This document shows, piece after piece, positions 40,045 to 50,761 of a stretch of DNA of 64,000 nucleotides (its first letter is position 1; each line of letters begins with the position of its first letter). Under the pieces are notes generated by a model. It ran no database searches. It was not told where the DNA came from and saw nothing but the letters and a program-made list of their open reading frames with translations. The DNA comes from an uncultured Erythrobacter sp. (lineage in GTDB: Bacteria; Pseudomonadota; Alphaproteobacteria; Sphingomonadales; Sphingomonadaceae), in NCBI GenBank assembly GCA_947488085.1, contig CANKYI010000001.1, forward strand, positions 1,247,928-1,311,927. The letters are read 5' to 3'. The translations under genes and the position numbers were made by a program.

Positions 40045-41055
40045 TTACTCCGCAGGCTCGGCCAATTTGCTCGCCCGTGCAGGTTCTTCCTGTTGAAGCG
40101 CCGTCAGACCAAGCTTCGCAAACAAAGCTCCATCGCTGTCATCGCCTGCATTGGGGGCGGTGAGCAGTTTGTCGCCTGTGAAGATCGAATTTGCTCCCGC
40201 TAAGAAACAAAGCGCCTGCGTTGCATCAGACATAGACTCGCGGCCTGCGGACAAGCGCACGATGCTCATCGGCATCGTGATGCGAGCAACCGCAACCGTG
40301 CGAACGAACTCAATATCGTCAATCTTTGCCATCGGCGTATCGGCCAGAATATCGCCCAGCACCGTGCCCTTCACTGGCACCAGCGCGTTGACCGGAACAC
40401 TCTCGGGATGCGCGTCAAGCGTTGCGAGCGTATGTACGAACCCCACCCGGTCCTCGCGCGTTTCGCCCATGCCGACGATCCCGCCAGAGCAGACATTGAT
40501 GCCTGCTCCGCGCACATGATCCAGCGTGTCCAGGCGGCTTTGGAAGTCGCGCGTTGAAATCACCCGCTCATAATATTCAGGCGAGCTGTCGATATTGTGA
40601 TTGTAATAATCGAGGCCCGCTTCGGCGAGCATATCGGCCTGATGCGGCTCCAGCATGCCCAGCGTCATGCAGGTCTCGAGCCCCATATCGCGCACGCCTT
40701 TCACGATCTCGACAATCGCTGGCATGTCGCGGTCTTTGGGATTGCGCCAGGCTGCGCCCATGCAGAAACGCTGGCTGCCCTGATCTTTGGCCTGAGCCGC
40801 GCGTTGAAGCACGGCCTGTACATCCATAAGCTTGGTCGCCTCAACCCCGCTATCGGCCTTCACCGATTGCGAGCAATAGCCGCAATCCTCGGGGCAACCG
40901 CCCGTCTTGATGCTCAGCAAAGTGCACAGCTGAATTTGCTCAGGCGGATGGTTTTCGCGGTGGGTGGTGGCTGCTTGGAAAAGCAGTTCTGTGAAAGGGA
41001 GGTCGAAAAGGCCCGCGATCTCTTCGCGTGTCCAGTCATTGCGGGGGGTGGTCAT
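40045..41055 (-). CDS. bioB: Biotin synthase
   Basis: CPEDCGYC radical-SAM motif; YYNHN and VRLSAGR. Confidence 0.98.
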   Translation of the reverse strand: MTTPRNDWTREEIAGLFDLPFTELLFQAATTHRENHPPEQIQLCTLLSIKTGGCPEDCGYCSQSVKADSGVEATKLMDVQAVLQRAAQAKDQGSQRFCMGAAWRNPKDRDMPAIVEIVKGVRDMGLETCMTLGMLEPHQADMLAEAGLDYYNHNIDSSPEYYERVISTRDFQSRLDTLDHVRGAGINVCSGGIVGMGETREDRVGFVHTLATLDAHPESVPVNALVPVKGTVLGDILADTPMAKIDDIEFVRTVAVARITMPMSIVRLSAGRESMSDATQALCFLAGANSIFTGDKLLTAPNAGDDSDGALFAKLGLTALQQEEPARASKLAEPAE

Positions 41056-41496
41056 TCAGTTGGTACTTTCAATTCGAGCGGCAAATTCGCGCAATTCATG
41101 AGTTCTTGATGATGTGAGGCGTGCCATACAGGCGGACCAGATCTTTCCGCGATCAGAGTTGGACTCCAGCAGCGCAACCGACGACTCACAGTGATCATCT
41201 CTGTAGCCAAGCCACTTGCCGTGAACCCGGCTTAACAGGCTCGACATTGGACGGGTATCAGCACCTGGATACTCGGAATCGTCATAGTCACTTACTGCTT
41301 GATTGGCTTGTGACCACGCTCGCTCGATCTCAAAGTGAGCTTTGGGATATTCATGGTCACGGCATCCATTCATATCATTGAACGACCTAGGCCACTCGCA
41401 ATCCGGCTCCCGCGTCTCGCTGGCGATAGTTGTTTGAGTTTGTGGCAGTTCCTGAACCGGTTGAACCGAGATAAGTATGAGCGGGAAGAGGATCAC
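41056..41496 (-). CDS. LprI (DUF1311)-like exported protein, divergent
   Basis: [14 protein letters not shown] and C-ARLT--RT-EL motifs align with the 38842-39252 product. Confidence 0.7.
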   Translation of the reverse strand: MILFPLILISVQPVQELPQTQTTIASETREPDCEWPRSFNDMNGCRDHEYPKAHFEIERAWSQANQAVSDYDDSEYPGADTRPMSSLLSRVHGKWLGYRDDHCESSVALLESNSDRGKIWSACMARLTSSRTHELREFAARIESTN

Positions 41497-43748
41497 TCCG
41501 CCGCCTCCTCAAGCCCTTCGCCCAATGGTGGCATATTGTGCCCAAGCAGTGTCAAGATATCCGCCGCACATTCCACCACGTTCGAACCCGGCCCATAAAT
41601 GCCCTGAACGCCTGCTTCGCGTAGAAAGTCATAATCTTGCGGTGGGATCACGCCGCCTGCGGTGACTTTAATATCGGGGCGGCCGGCTTCTTTGAGCAAG
41701 CGGATGAGTTCTGGGATCAGCGTCTTGTGACCTGCCGCGAGGGAGCTTGCGCCGATCACGTCCACGTCCTTGCGCAGGGCCATATCGCGCGTTTCTTCGG
41801 GCGTTTGAAACAACGGGCCTGAGATCACTTCGAAACCCATGTCGGCAAAGGCACTTGCGATCACATTGGCGCCGCGATCATGGCCATCTTGACCCATCTT
41901 CGCGACCATGATGCGCGGTTTGCGGCCCAATCGCCGCTCCACTGCATCCACACCGTCCGTCACTTGCGCCCAGCGTTGGTCGAACTCATAAGCGCTCGCA
42001 TAGACTCCGCTGACGGGCTTTGGCGTTGCATCGTGGCGGCCAAAGACACCTTCCATTGCGGCAGAGATTTCGCCCAAGGTCGCATCGTGCCGCGCCGCTT
42101 CCACCGCACGGGATAGCAGGTTCACATCCGCCTGTTTCTCAAGCTCGGCGATCTTTTTGGGAGGCAGCGGAATCCCGTTTTCATCGCGGCCCGTCGCGAT
42201 TGCCTCTGCGTGGGTGGCCGGGTTCGCCGCCGCCGCGTCCGACAGAGCCTTTAGCGCGGCCTGACACGCGGCCTCATCGCGCTTGCCGCGCACATCGGCA
42301 AGCCTTGCGATCTGCCCCTTACGCACAGCGGCGTTGTCGATGTCGAGCGTGTCGATGGGCTCTTCTTCGGACAATTGATATTTGTTGACGCCGACAATCA
42401 CCGTGTCGCCTTTATCAATGCCGGTCTGCTTTTCCGCCGCCGCCCGCTCAATCGCGGCCTTGGGAGCCCCGGTTGCGACATAGGCGGTCATCCCGCCTGC
42501 CTGATCAACCTCGGCAATTAACTTTTCGGCTTCCTCAACCAAAGTCGCTGTGAGCGCCTCAATATAGTGCGAGCCGCCCAGCGGATCGACCACATCGGTG
42601 ATCCCGCTTTCCTCTTGCAGCACCAATTGCGTATTGCGCGCGATACGGGCGGAGAAATCGGTGGGCAGCGCGATGGCTTCATCCAAAGCGTTGGTGTGAA
42701 GCGATTGCGTACCGCCCAATGTCGCCGCCAGCGCCTCAATCGTGGTGCGCATCACGTTGTTATACGGATCTTGCTCCTGCAAGCTCACACCCGAAGTCTG
42801 GCAATGAGTGCGCAGCATCTTGGAGCGTTCGGATTTCGCGCCCAGCGCATCCATCGTGCGATACCACAGCGTGCGCGCGGCGCGCAGCTTCGCGATCTCC
42901 ATAAAGAAGTTCATGCCGATGCCGAAAAAGAAGCTGAGCCGCCCGGCAAAGGCGTCAATATCCAGACCTGTCGCACACGCGCGAGTCACATATTCCTTGC
43001 CATCAGCAATGGTGAAAGCGAGCTCCTGCACCGCCGTCGCGCCCGCCTCATGCATGTGATAGCCACTGATCGAGATAGAGTTGAACTTGGGCATGTTCGA
43101 GGAAGTATAAGCGATAATATCCGACACAATCCGCATGCTCGGCTCTGGCGGATAGATGTAGGTGTTGCGGACCATGAACTCTTTAAGGATGTCGTTCTGG
43201 ATCGTGCCAGAGAGCTTCTCTGTCGGCACGCCCTGACGCTCGCTCGCGACGATATAAAACGCAAGGATCGGAATCACCGCGCCGTTCATCGTCATGGAAA
43301 CGGACATGGTGTCGAGCGGGATCTGGTCGAACAGGATCTCCATATCGGCCACGGTGTCGATAGCGACACCCGCTTTGCCGACATCGCCAGTGACGCGCGG
43401 GTGGTCGGAATCGTAGCCGCGGTGGGTGGCAAGGTCGAAAGCTACCGAAAGTCCTTTCTGACCCGCAGCCAGATTTCGGCGGTAGAATGCGTTGGATTCC
43501 TCGGCCGTTGAGAAGCCCGCATATTGGCGGATCGTCCAAGGGCGGCCTGCATACATGCTCGCCTTCACACCGCGCGTGAAGGGCGCAAAGCCGGGTAGGC
43601 CTGCGTCGAAATCCGCGTGATCGTCTGCCGTATAAAGCGGCTTGATCGCAAAGCCCTCGGGCATTTCGCGGGTCAGGTCGCGGCCCTTGCTCTCTTTATC
43701 AGCAAGCGCCTGCCAGTCTTGAGGGGTCGGTTTGTTGGTGTCGGTCAT
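41493..43748 (-). CDS. scpA: Methylmalonyl-CoA mutase
   Basis: [23 protein letters not shown] and the B12-binding MGQDGHDRG motif. Confidence 0.98.
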   Translation of the reverse strand: MTDTNKPTPQDWQALADKESKGRDLTREMPEGFAIKPLYTADDHADFDAGLPGFAPFTRGVKASMYAGRPWTIRQYAGFSTAEESNAFYRRNLAAGQKGLSVAFDLATHRGYDSDHPRVTGDVGKAGVAIDTVADMEILFDQIPLDTMSVSMTMNGAVIPILAFYIVASERQGVPTEKLSGTIQNDILKEFMVRNTYIYPPEPSMRIVSDIIAYTSSNMPKFNSISISGYHMHEAGATAVQELAFTIADGKEYVTRACATGLDIDAFAGRLSFFFGIGMNFFMEIAKLRAARTLWYRTMDALGAKSERSKMLRTHCQTSGVSLQEQDPYNNVMRTTIEALAATLGGTQSLHTNALDEAIALPTDFSARIARNTQLVLQEESGITDVVDPLGGSHYIEALTATLVEEAEKLIAEVDQAGGMTAYVATGAPKAAIERAAAEKQTGIDKGDTVIVGVNKYQLSEEEPIDTLDIDNAAVRKGQIARLADVRGKRDEAACQAALKALSDAAAANPATHAEAIATGRDENGIPLPPKKIAELEKQADVNLLSRAVEAARHDATLGEISAAMEGVFGRHDATPKPVSGVYASAYEFDQRWAQVTDGVDAVERRLGRKPRIMVAKMGQDGHDRGANVIASAFADMGFEVISGPLFQTPEETRDMALRKDVDVIGASSLAAGHKTLIPELIRLLKEAGRPDIKVTAGGVIPPQDYDFLREAGVQGIYGPGSNVVECAADILTLLGHNMPPLGEGLEEAAE

Positions 43749-43803
43749 GGCGAGCCTCTAAGCACAATCACCAAGCAAGCGAAAGACACGCGCCCTAACA
43801 GAT

Positions 43804-44247
43804 TTAGTGTTCGCCGCTGTTCGGAGTTTCCATGATCTCGGTCAGCATGCCCTGCATGTCTTTGGGATGCAGGAAGAAGATGGGCGTGCCATGCGCGCCA
43901 GGGATGGTCGGGCCAAGAATGCGCTTACCCTTCCCCTCGAACCAGCGCCGCGCTTCCTCAATATCCTCAACTTCAAAGCAGACATGATGCTGCCCGCCCG
44001 CCGGGTTTTTGGCGAGGAATGCGGTGATGGCGGTTTCGCCCGGTCTCAGCTCTTCAATCAGCTCGATTTGCGTGCCGTTCATGCCGGAATGCGTTGGCGT
44101 GTCGACGAACACGACTTTGAGGCCGCGGTCTTCGAGAATGATCTCATCGGAGATCGACGTTGCACCCATGATATCGCGATAATGCGCAATGGAGTCGGCG
44201 ATGGAAGGCGTTGCGACGCCCACATGGTTTAAGCGACCTAGTTTCAT
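43804..44247 (-). CDS. mce: Methylmalonyl-CoA epimerase
   Basis: LNHVGVA, IELI, GGQHHVCFEV and FLHPK motifs. Confidence 0.95.
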   Translation of the reverse strand: MKLGRLNHVGVATPSIADSIAHYRDIMGATSISDEIILEDRGLKVVFVDTPTHSGMNGTQIELIEELRPGETAITAFLAKNPAGGQHHVCFEVEDIEEARRWFEGKGKRILGPTIPGAHGTPIFFLHPKDMQGMLTEIMETPNSGEH

Positions 44248-45005
44248 TTTTTGCTACACACCCCCAAGAACTCGACACCAAGATCGGTTGGAACGAATGC
44301 GCCAATCTTGGCCAGAGCACCACCGTAAATTCGTGGTGGATGTGTGAACTCACGAAACTTTAGCAGGTTTTGTCTTTCTAGAACCAAACAAGATATTGAA
44401 TGGCGCTTATCTTGAACCACCATCGTGTCACCTTCTACGGTTCCAAGTGTCAGTTCCAAACGCTCAAAGACAATTGGTAAGGTGCTAACAAATTTCTTGA
44501 TTGGATCCAGCAGCTCATTAGCGCGAGCTCGTGAAAGGCTCCCGGTGATATCCAATTTCCCCAAACCAAATCTGATATTTTTATCCAGATTGCCGAGGTT
44601 GCCGGGACCATTTTGATCCAACCCCTTGAGGATACTGTCCAGCAGCTTCGCCTCGTCCGGTCCTATTTGCGACAGAATGTCCGCAAACACCATATGCCGT
44701 GTCTGATATCCATCCGACGCCGCAATTAAGAGATTTGCCCACATCTCCGTGAGCTTTATGTCATCCTCTGATACGGAAGCTTTTTGGATAGCCGAAGTCA
44801 CGAAGCCTGCTGGCAGCTCCTTGAGATCAGTTCCGTAAGATTTCTCGCTAATTCTAACAAAAATCTTCCGAATGCGGTCACCAAGGAAGACCTTAATATG
44901 CTGCCCAAGAGCGTCGGCACTTGGCCCCAAGAGCTTTGTGGCCGTCCATCCGGCTGCGCCAGAGCCAGCCAGAATCGTTGTCGCGGTTACAATCTCGTTT
45001 GACAA
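44244..45005 (-). CDS. Abi-alpha (DUF4393)-like protein
   Basis: KASVSED---LTEMWANLL-AA, H-VFADILSQI-PDEAKLL and T-LG-EF--VC pattern; visibly AT-richer than neighbours. Confidence 0.65.
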   Translation of the reverse strand: MSNEIVTATTILAGSGAAGWTATKLLGPSADALGQHIKVFLGDRIRKIFVRISEKSYGTDLKELPAGFVTSAIQKASVSEDDIKLTEMWANLLIAASDGYQTRHMVFADILSQIGPDEAKLLDSILKGLDQNGPGNLGNLDKNIRFGLGKLDITGSLSRARANELLDPIKKFVSTLPIVFERLELTLGTVEGDTMVVQDKRHSISCLVLERQNLLKFREFTHPPRIYGGALAKIGAFVPTDLGVEFLGVCSKK

Positions 45006-45014
45006 GATCGTTCC

Positions 45015-46547
45015 TCACAACGGGATGTTGTCATGCTTCTTCCAAGGGTTCTCCAGCTGCTTGGTCCGCAGTTTCCTCAAACCCAGCGCAACCCGTCGCC
45101 GGGTGGAGTGTGGATAGATCACCTCATCGATATAGCCGCGCTGCGCCGCTACGAATGGGTTTGCAAAACGATCTTCATATTCGGCGGTTTTCTCTGCGAT
45201 CTTTTCCTCATCGCCGCGATCTTGGCGAAAGATGATTTCGACCGCGCCCTTTGCGCCCATCACCGCAATCTCTGCGGTCGGCCAGGCGTAGTTTAGGTCT
45301 CCGCGAAGGTGCTTGGACGCCATCACGTCGTAGGCGCCACCATAGGCTTTGCGGGTGATGATCGTAATTTTGGGCACGGTTGCCTCGGCATAGGCGAACA
45401 GCAATTTCGCACCGTGTTTGATGATCCCGCCCATTTCCTGCGCTGTGCCGGGCAAGAAGCCGGGAACATCGACAAAGGTCACAATCGGAATATCAAACGC
45501 ATCGCAGAACCGCACAAACCGCGCCGCTTTCTTGGACGAGGCAATATCGAGCACGCCAGCGAGCACCATAGGTTGGTTCGCGACAACGCCCACTGTGCGC
45601 CCTTCGACCCGGCCAAATCCGCAGATGATGTTGGCCGCATGCGCCGGTTGAATTTCGAAGAAATCGCCTTCGTCCAGCGTCTTCGCGATCACCTCATGCA
45701 TGTCATAGGGCTGGTTCGCATTGTCCGGGATGATCGTGTCGAGTGAAGGCTCAAGCCGGTCCCAGGGGTCATTGGTCGGGAGCACCGGAGGGTCCTCGCG
45801 GTTAGACAGCGGCAAGTAATCATAGAACCGGCGCGTGGCGAGCAGCGTTTCAATATCGTTTTCATAGGCGATATCAGCGACAGAGGTTTTGGTCGTATGC
45901 GTGATCGCCCCGCCCAGTTCCTCTTGCGTGACCTCTTCATTGGTCACTGTCTTCACGACTTCCGGCCCGGTGACGAACATGTAGGAACTGTCTTTCACCA
46001 TAAAGATGAAGTCGGTCATGGCAGGTGAGTAAACCGCTCCGCCCGCGCAAGGCCCCATGATGAGGCTAATCTGAGGGACAACACCGCTGGCCAGAACATT
46101 GCGTTGGAACACTTCGGCATAGCCGCCAAGGGACGCGACGCCCTCTTGAATACGCGCACCGCCGCTATCGTTGAGGCCGATCACGGGTGCGCCCAGCTTC
46201 ATTGCTGTGTCCATCACCTTGCAGATTTTCTCCGCATGGCGTTTTGAAAGCGACCCGCCGAACACGGTGAAATCCTGCGCGAAAACATAGACCAAGCGGC
46301 CATTGATTGTGCCAGAGCCGGTGACAACACCGTCTCCTGTGATCTTCTGCGTCTCCATTCCGAAATCGACACAATCGTGTTCCACATAGGTGTCGAGCTC
46401 TTCAAAACTGCCTTCGTCAAGCAACACATCAAGCCGCTCGCGCGCGGTCAGTTTGCCTTTGGCATGCTGAGCGTCGATGCGTTTTTGCCCTCCGCCCAAT
46501 TTGGCGGCTTCGCGGCGGCGTTCGAGTTCGGCGATATTGGCGGACAT
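45015..46547 (-). CDS. pccB: Propionyl-CoA carboxylase beta subunit (carboxyltransferase)
   Basis: [27 protein letters not shown] and DVPGFLPG motifs; ends KKHDNIPL. Confidence 0.95.
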   Translation of the reverse strand: MSANIAELERRREAAKLGGGQKRIDAQHAKGKLTARERLDVLLDEGSFEELDTYVEHDCVDFGMETQKITGDGVVTGSGTINGRLVYVFAQDFTVFGGSLSKRHAEKICKVMDTAMKLGAPVIGLNDSGGARIQEGVASLGGYAEVFQRNVLASGVVPQISLIMGPCAGGAVYSPAMTDFIFMVKDSSYMFVTGPEVVKTVTNEEVTQEELGGAITHTTKTSVADIAYENDIETLLATRRFYDYLPLSNREDPPVLPTNDPWDRLEPSLDTIIPDNANQPYDMHEVIAKTLDEGDFFEIQPAHAANIICGFGRVEGRTVGVVANQPMVLAGVLDIASSKKAARFVRFCDAFDIPIVTFVDVPGFLPGTAQEMGGIIKHGAKLLFAYAEATVPKITIITRKAYGGAYDVMASKHLRGDLNYAWPTAEIAVMGAKGAVEIIFRQDRGDEEKIAEKTAEYEDRFANPFVAAQRGYIDEVIYPHSTRRRVALGLRKLRTKQLENPWKKHDNIPL

Positions 46548-46613
46548 TCGTTGAGGGCCCCTGTTTGATATTGCGAGAGTTCGTTGCCGCACCCTCGCCG
46601 CAGGGTCAATCGT

Positions 46614-47336
46614 TCAAAAGGGCAGAGTTATCCGCTTGGCGAGTGATGGCGAGATCGATTCCATTACTCGCAAGGCCTTCGTCATTCCGATATTGGCCTC
46701 GTCACGCCCCTTCTCAATCGCCTCGAGGATTTGTCGCGCGCATTCCTCGGACGGCATCTTCTTCATCGGATTGCCATCGTTCATCTGTGTGTCGACAACG
46801 GGCGGCAATGCTTCGATCACTTTGATGCGCGTATCTTTGAGCTGCTCACGAAGGGCGAGCGTGTAAAAACGCAGCCCAGACTTAGTCGCGCAATAGACTG
46901 GCTGGCGCGCGGCAGGTGCGACGGCGAGGCCAGATGTAACGTTGACAATAGCCGCCGCAGCGCAAGCCTGTAATCTTATCAAAAGCCCTTCGATCAACCG
47001 GATAGGCGCATTGAGATTGGTGTAGATGCAGTCATCCGCAGCATCCGGATCAGGCGGGCTTTTGCGGAAATCATGGTCGACCAATTGCCCCGCATTGTTG
47101 ATGAGCACTTCGAGCTTTCGCTCACCCCACTCGGCAATCAATGCGTCCACACCGACAGCGTTGGAAAGGCTCGCCTCGATAACTTCAAACCCCTCAGCGC
47201 GCATAGCTGCGATGCGTTCAGGATTGCGGCCAGTGACCACAACCTGAGCACCTTTAGCCTTAAGCTGGAGCGCCATTTCGCGTCCAATGCCTGCGGTGCC
47301 TCCGGTTAGAAGGACGGTTTTGCCTTTGAGCTCCAT
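46614..47336 (-). CDS. Short-chain dehydrogenase/reductase (DltE-like)
   Basis: TGGTAGIG, NNAG and YCATK motifs. Confidence 0.92.
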   Translation of the reverse strand: MELKGKTVLLTGGTAGIGREMALQLKAKGAQVVVTGRNPERIAAMRAEGFEVIEASLSNAVGVDALIAEWGERKLEVLINNAGQLVDHDFRKSPPDPDAADDCIYTNLNAPIRLIEGLLIRLQACAAAAIVNVTSGLAVAPAARQPVYCATKSGLRFYTLALREQLKDTRIKVIEALPPVVDTQMNDGNPMKKMPSEECARQILEAIEKGRDEANIGMTKALRVMESISPSLAKRITLPF

Positions 47337-47360
47337 TGCACCGCTCCGGTTCTGTGTGGC

Positions 47361-48716
47361 CTATTTCAGCAGGACCAATTCCTCCGCCATTGTCGGGTGA
47401 ATTGCAACGGTGTCGTCGAAATCCGCCTTGGTCAGCCCCGCCTTCACCGCAACAGCCGCCGCCTGCATAATCTCGGGCGCTTCGGGTGCGATCATGTGGA
47501 TACCGACGATTTTGTCATTCGCCGCATCGACAATCATCTTATACAGTCCGCGCTCATTGCGGCCCGCAACGACGTTCTTCATCGGGCGGAAGTCGGATTG
47601 GAAGACCTTGATTGAGCCAAGCGAATTGCGTGCCTCCCCCTCGGTTAGGCCGACAGAAGCAATCGGTGGGTGGCTGAAAACAGCGCTTGGGATGCAGGAA
47701 TGGTCGACCGCATAGGGCTCAACCCCGCCAAAAGTGCTATCTGCAAAAGCCTGACCCTCGCGAATAGCGACAGGCGTCAGCTGCACGCGGTCGGTCACAT
47801 CGCCCACGGCATAGATGTGATCGACATTGGTTTTGGAGAAGGCATCGACCTTGATCTCACCCTTCTTGCCCAATTCCACACCAACCTTGTCCAGGCCAAG
47901 TCCTTCGGTGTTAGGTGAACGCCCCGTGGCGATCATCACTTGGTCAAAGACGCGCGGTTCGTGGCCGGTCATTTTGACGAGCAGAGTGCCGTCTTCCTGT
48001 TTCTCAACCCATTCAAACTCAACGTTGAAGCAGAACTCGATCCCCTTGCTGAGCGAAATTTGCAGCAGACGATCACGCAAAGAGGGATCATAGGACCGCA
48101 GGATCACGTCCGAGCGATTGGCAATCGTCACCTGACTGCCGAACTCGTTGAAGATACCCGCAAATTCATTCGCGATATAGCCACCGCCTGCGATCAAAAT
48201 ACGTTTTGGCACTTCGTCCAAATGAAACGCTTCATTTGAGGTGATCGCATGCTCATTGCCCTTGAACTCGGGCATGTGAGGCTTTGCACCGGTCGCGACC
48301 AGGATGTACTTCGCGGTGATGACCTTGCCGCTTGCCAGAGTGATCTCGTGAGGGCCGGTGATCTCGGCGCGTTCCCGAAAAACGGTGACGTCGTGGTTGT
48401 CTAGCGTTTCGCCATAAAGTCCTTCGAGCCGGTCGATATCCTTTTGCACGTGGTCACGTAGGCGCACCCAATCGAAACTTTTGCCTTCAATATTCCAGCC
48501 AAACTGCTTTGCATCCTCAAGGTCTTCGGCAAAGTGCGCGCCGTAGACAAGCATCTTTTTAGGCACACAGCCGCGGATGACGCATGTGCCGCCGACGCGG
48601 TATTCCTCTGCCGCAGCGACCCGTGCGCCATGCGCCGCAGCGACCCTGCTCGCGCGCACGCCGCCTGACCCTATCCCGATGGTGAAAAGGTCGAAATCAT
48701 AGTCTGTTTGGGGCAT
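47361..48716 (-). CDS. gor: Glutathione-disulfide reductase
   Basis: GGTCVIRGCVPKK, GGGYIA and HPTMAEE motifs. Confidence 0.97.
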   Translation of the reverse strand: MPQTDYDFDLFTIGIGSGGVRASRVAAAHGARVAAAEEYRVGGTCVIRGCVPKKMLVYGAHFAEDLEDAKQFGWNIEGKSFDWVRLRDHVQKDIDRLEGLYGETLDNHDVTVFRERAEITGPHEITLASGKVITAKYILVATGAKPHMPEFKGNEHAITSNEAFHLDEVPKRILIAGGGYIANEFAGIFNEFGSQVTIANRSDVILRSYDPSLRDRLLQISLSKGIEFCFNVEFEWVEKQEDGTLLVKMTGHEPRVFDQVMIATGRSPNTEGLGLDKVGVELGKKGEIKVDAFSKTNVDHIYAVGDVTDRVQLTPVAIREGQAFADSTFGGVEPYAVDHSCIPSAVFSHPPIASVGLTEGEARNSLGSIKVFQSDFRPMKNVVAGRNERGLYKMIVDAANDKIVGIHMIAPEAPEIMQAAAVAVKAGLTKADFDDTVAIHPTMAEELVLLK

Positions 48717-48813
48717 TTGGGTTCCTCCGCTTTGGTGTGCCTATGCGCGTATTCGCGCATAACGGCAACGGAGTTACTGGCAATAAACCAGAGCTGCTTG
48801 GGCAGTGAAAAGC

Positions 48814-49842
48814 TTAGCTTTCGAGGAAACGCCCGTAATCGCGCAGCAGCTCAAACGCCTTCATGTTTTCCAGCGTAATCAGGCTTTGATCGGTGATACC
48901 CGTCAGGCGATAGATCAGGCGCAAAATGGCCTTTTGCTGGGTCTCGCTGATATCAACGAGACTGATGAGCATGTCGGGATTGTCGTGCTCCAACTCATCA
49001 AACAGCATGGCGACATTCATCGGATCAAAGCCAAAACCGAGGAAAGCGAGCCGTTTGCCACGCGACATTTCGGCACGCAGATAGGATTGAAACTGGCGCG
49101 ATCCGGCGCGCTGGCTGGCAGTGAATATGCGCTTGGATAACGCGACGATGTTTTCCGGGTCTTCCTGACCCCAAGTCGCCCCGTTTTCTTCATCACCCTG
49201 CCATGGGAGCCGTCCGGCCACACCATAAGGGTGCACGATCCGCAATCTTCCCGCGACCAACTCGCATGCCTCATCATAGGTCATGCCGAATGCACGCATC
49301 ACGACCCACGGCAGGTAGTGCTCAATCGCACGGTCATAGTTGAAACACACGATGGAGAGCTTTTCGAAGCACTCCTCCGCCTTGGCACGCGGCACGCCTT
49401 TTACGATGATCTGGCCCAGCTGATACAGCCAGTTTTCCGTTCCCCGTAGCGGCAATTCATCCGCCGAACGCGGTTCGACGGCCAATGTCGATTTCGATTC
49501 CGCCTGAAGCGTGTAGTAGACGATCGCCAACTTGCCTGCGGTCACGACCCTTTGATCATGTCCATATTGTTCAAGCACGGCATCTATCGAGGAACTGACC
49601 AAAGTCGCCTCACGGATTGCATTTCCACCTGCGACCAGATCATCATAGGTCATGCCAAGTGAGGGTGCGATCTGTTCGAACAAATGCGCCAGATTGATGA
49701 GATCGCGCGACTTCACCTCTGAATTGAGGCGCTCAAACTCAAAACCCGACGCGATCTTGTTCAGCAGATCTGCGCCATCGGGCATCTCAATCTCGCGATT
49801 GGCACCCGCGCCAATAATCAGCGTGGTGTCAGTTCTGATCAT
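48814..49842 (-). CDS. SIR2-like (SIR2_2) domain protein
   Basis: LIIGAGAN---MP-G, CFNYD--IE, HPYG and FLGFGF motifs match the sirtuin-like Rossmann pattern. Confidence 0.6.
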   Translation of the reverse strand: MIRTDTTLIIGAGANREIEMPDGADLLNKIASGFEFERLNSEVKSRDLINLAHLFEQIAPSLGMTYDDLVAGGNAIREATLVSSSIDAVLEQYGHDQRVVTAGKLAIVYYTLQAESKSTLAVEPRSADELPLRGTENWLYQLGQIIVKGVPRAKAEECFEKLSIVCFNYDRAIEHYLPWVVMRAFGMTYDEACELVAGRLRIVHPYGVAGRLPWQGDEENGATWGQEDPENIVALSKRIFTASQRAGSRQFQSYLRAEMSRGKRLAFLGFGFDPMNVAMLFDELEHDNPDMLISLVDISETQQKAILRLIYRLTGITDQSLITLENMKAFELLRDYGRFLES

Positions 49843-49936
49843 GATGCACAGGCCCCATTCGGAAGAGTGTTCGAAATTACCGGGACAGTTAGGCCTCGTA
49901 TGCTTAATTTTCGATTAGGAAAGCCTAGACAAGGCC

Positions 49937-50449
49937 TTACACCCCGAATTCTTCGTCGGCGTCGGGCAAATAGGGAGGCTGCAACAATACAACCACCATT
50001 GAGGCCAGCCCCTGAACAGATGCCAGGCTAGCAAAAGCCAGCGCGTGCCATTGCTTTGCTGTTTCGGGCACCCACAATTGAACGCCGTCATAGGCTCCGT
50101 TGGCCAACATCCAAAATATAAGCAGGCAACAGACGATCCCGCTGGCCACGGCCATGGATTTCCAAGCGAGCAGCCTCTCGCGTTCGTCGGTCCCACCGCC
50201 AAAGTGAATGCCACGTTGAAAGGCGAGGCGCACAAAAAGCCCTCCCATCATACCGAAGAAAGCGACAAGAGAGCCTCTGTCAGATCCATAGACGGCCATC
50301 ACCAAACCCATCAGAGCAAGCGACAGCATCAGTGTCGTGAAGCCAAATACCAGCCACCGCGATAGCCGGTCGGCTCCATCAGGTGTTTCGGTCAGCTTTT
50401 TGGTTGCTCGGTCAATCCACGCAACACCGCGACTGGTCTGATACGCCAT
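49937..50449 (-). CDS. Hypothetical 4-TM membrane protein
   Basis: Four hydrophobic segments with a central DERE loop; starts 2 nt after the XRE gene. Confidence 0.75.
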   Translation of the reverse strand: MAYQTSRGVAWIDRATKKLTETPDGADRLSRWLVFGFTTLMLSLALMGLVMAVYGSDRGSLVAFFGMMGGLFVRLAFQRGIHFGGGTDERERLLAWKSMAVASGIVCCLLIFWMLANGAYDGVQLWVPETAKQWHALAFASLASVQGLASMVVVLLQPPYLPDADEEFGV

Positions 50450-50451
50450 TC

Positions 50452-50694
50452 CTACGACCTCATGTTCAATTGTTGGGAAAGCGAGGGGAAAGCCTCGAAA
50501 GAGAAAATCTGCTCAACCGCAACGCCGAAATGCTCGGCAATCGCGAGCGCCAGTTCGAGGCTCGGCTTGTAATCGCCGCGCTCGAGAAAGCCGATCGTTT
50601 GAGGATTCACTCCAACAACTTCAGCAAGTTCGCGCCGACTCAAGCCAGCGTCCGCGCGAAATATAGCGATTCTGTTATGTACAACTCTCGACAT
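50452..50694 (-). CDS. XRE-family helix-turn-helix transcriptional regulator
   Basis: LSRRELAEVVGVNPQTIGFLERGDYKPSLELAL. Confidence 0.95.
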   Translation of the reverse strand: MSRVVHNRIAIFRADAGLSRRELAEVVGVNPQTIGFLERGDYKPSLELALAIAEHFGVAVEQIFSFEAFPSLSQQLNMRS

Positions 50695-50697
50695 GTG

Positions 50698-50729
50698 CTC
50701 TTGACAAGAGATTCATTGTGTTAACGCAA
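50698..50729. promoter_or_regulatory. Two palindromes, putative XRE autoregulatory operators
   Basis: CTCTTG-A-CAAGAG (50698-50710) and TTGTGTTAACGCAA (50716-50729), immediately upstream of the XRE start codon. Confidence 0.55.
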
Positions 50730-50761
50730 CAATTTATATTCTTATCACATCGAAACGTAAC

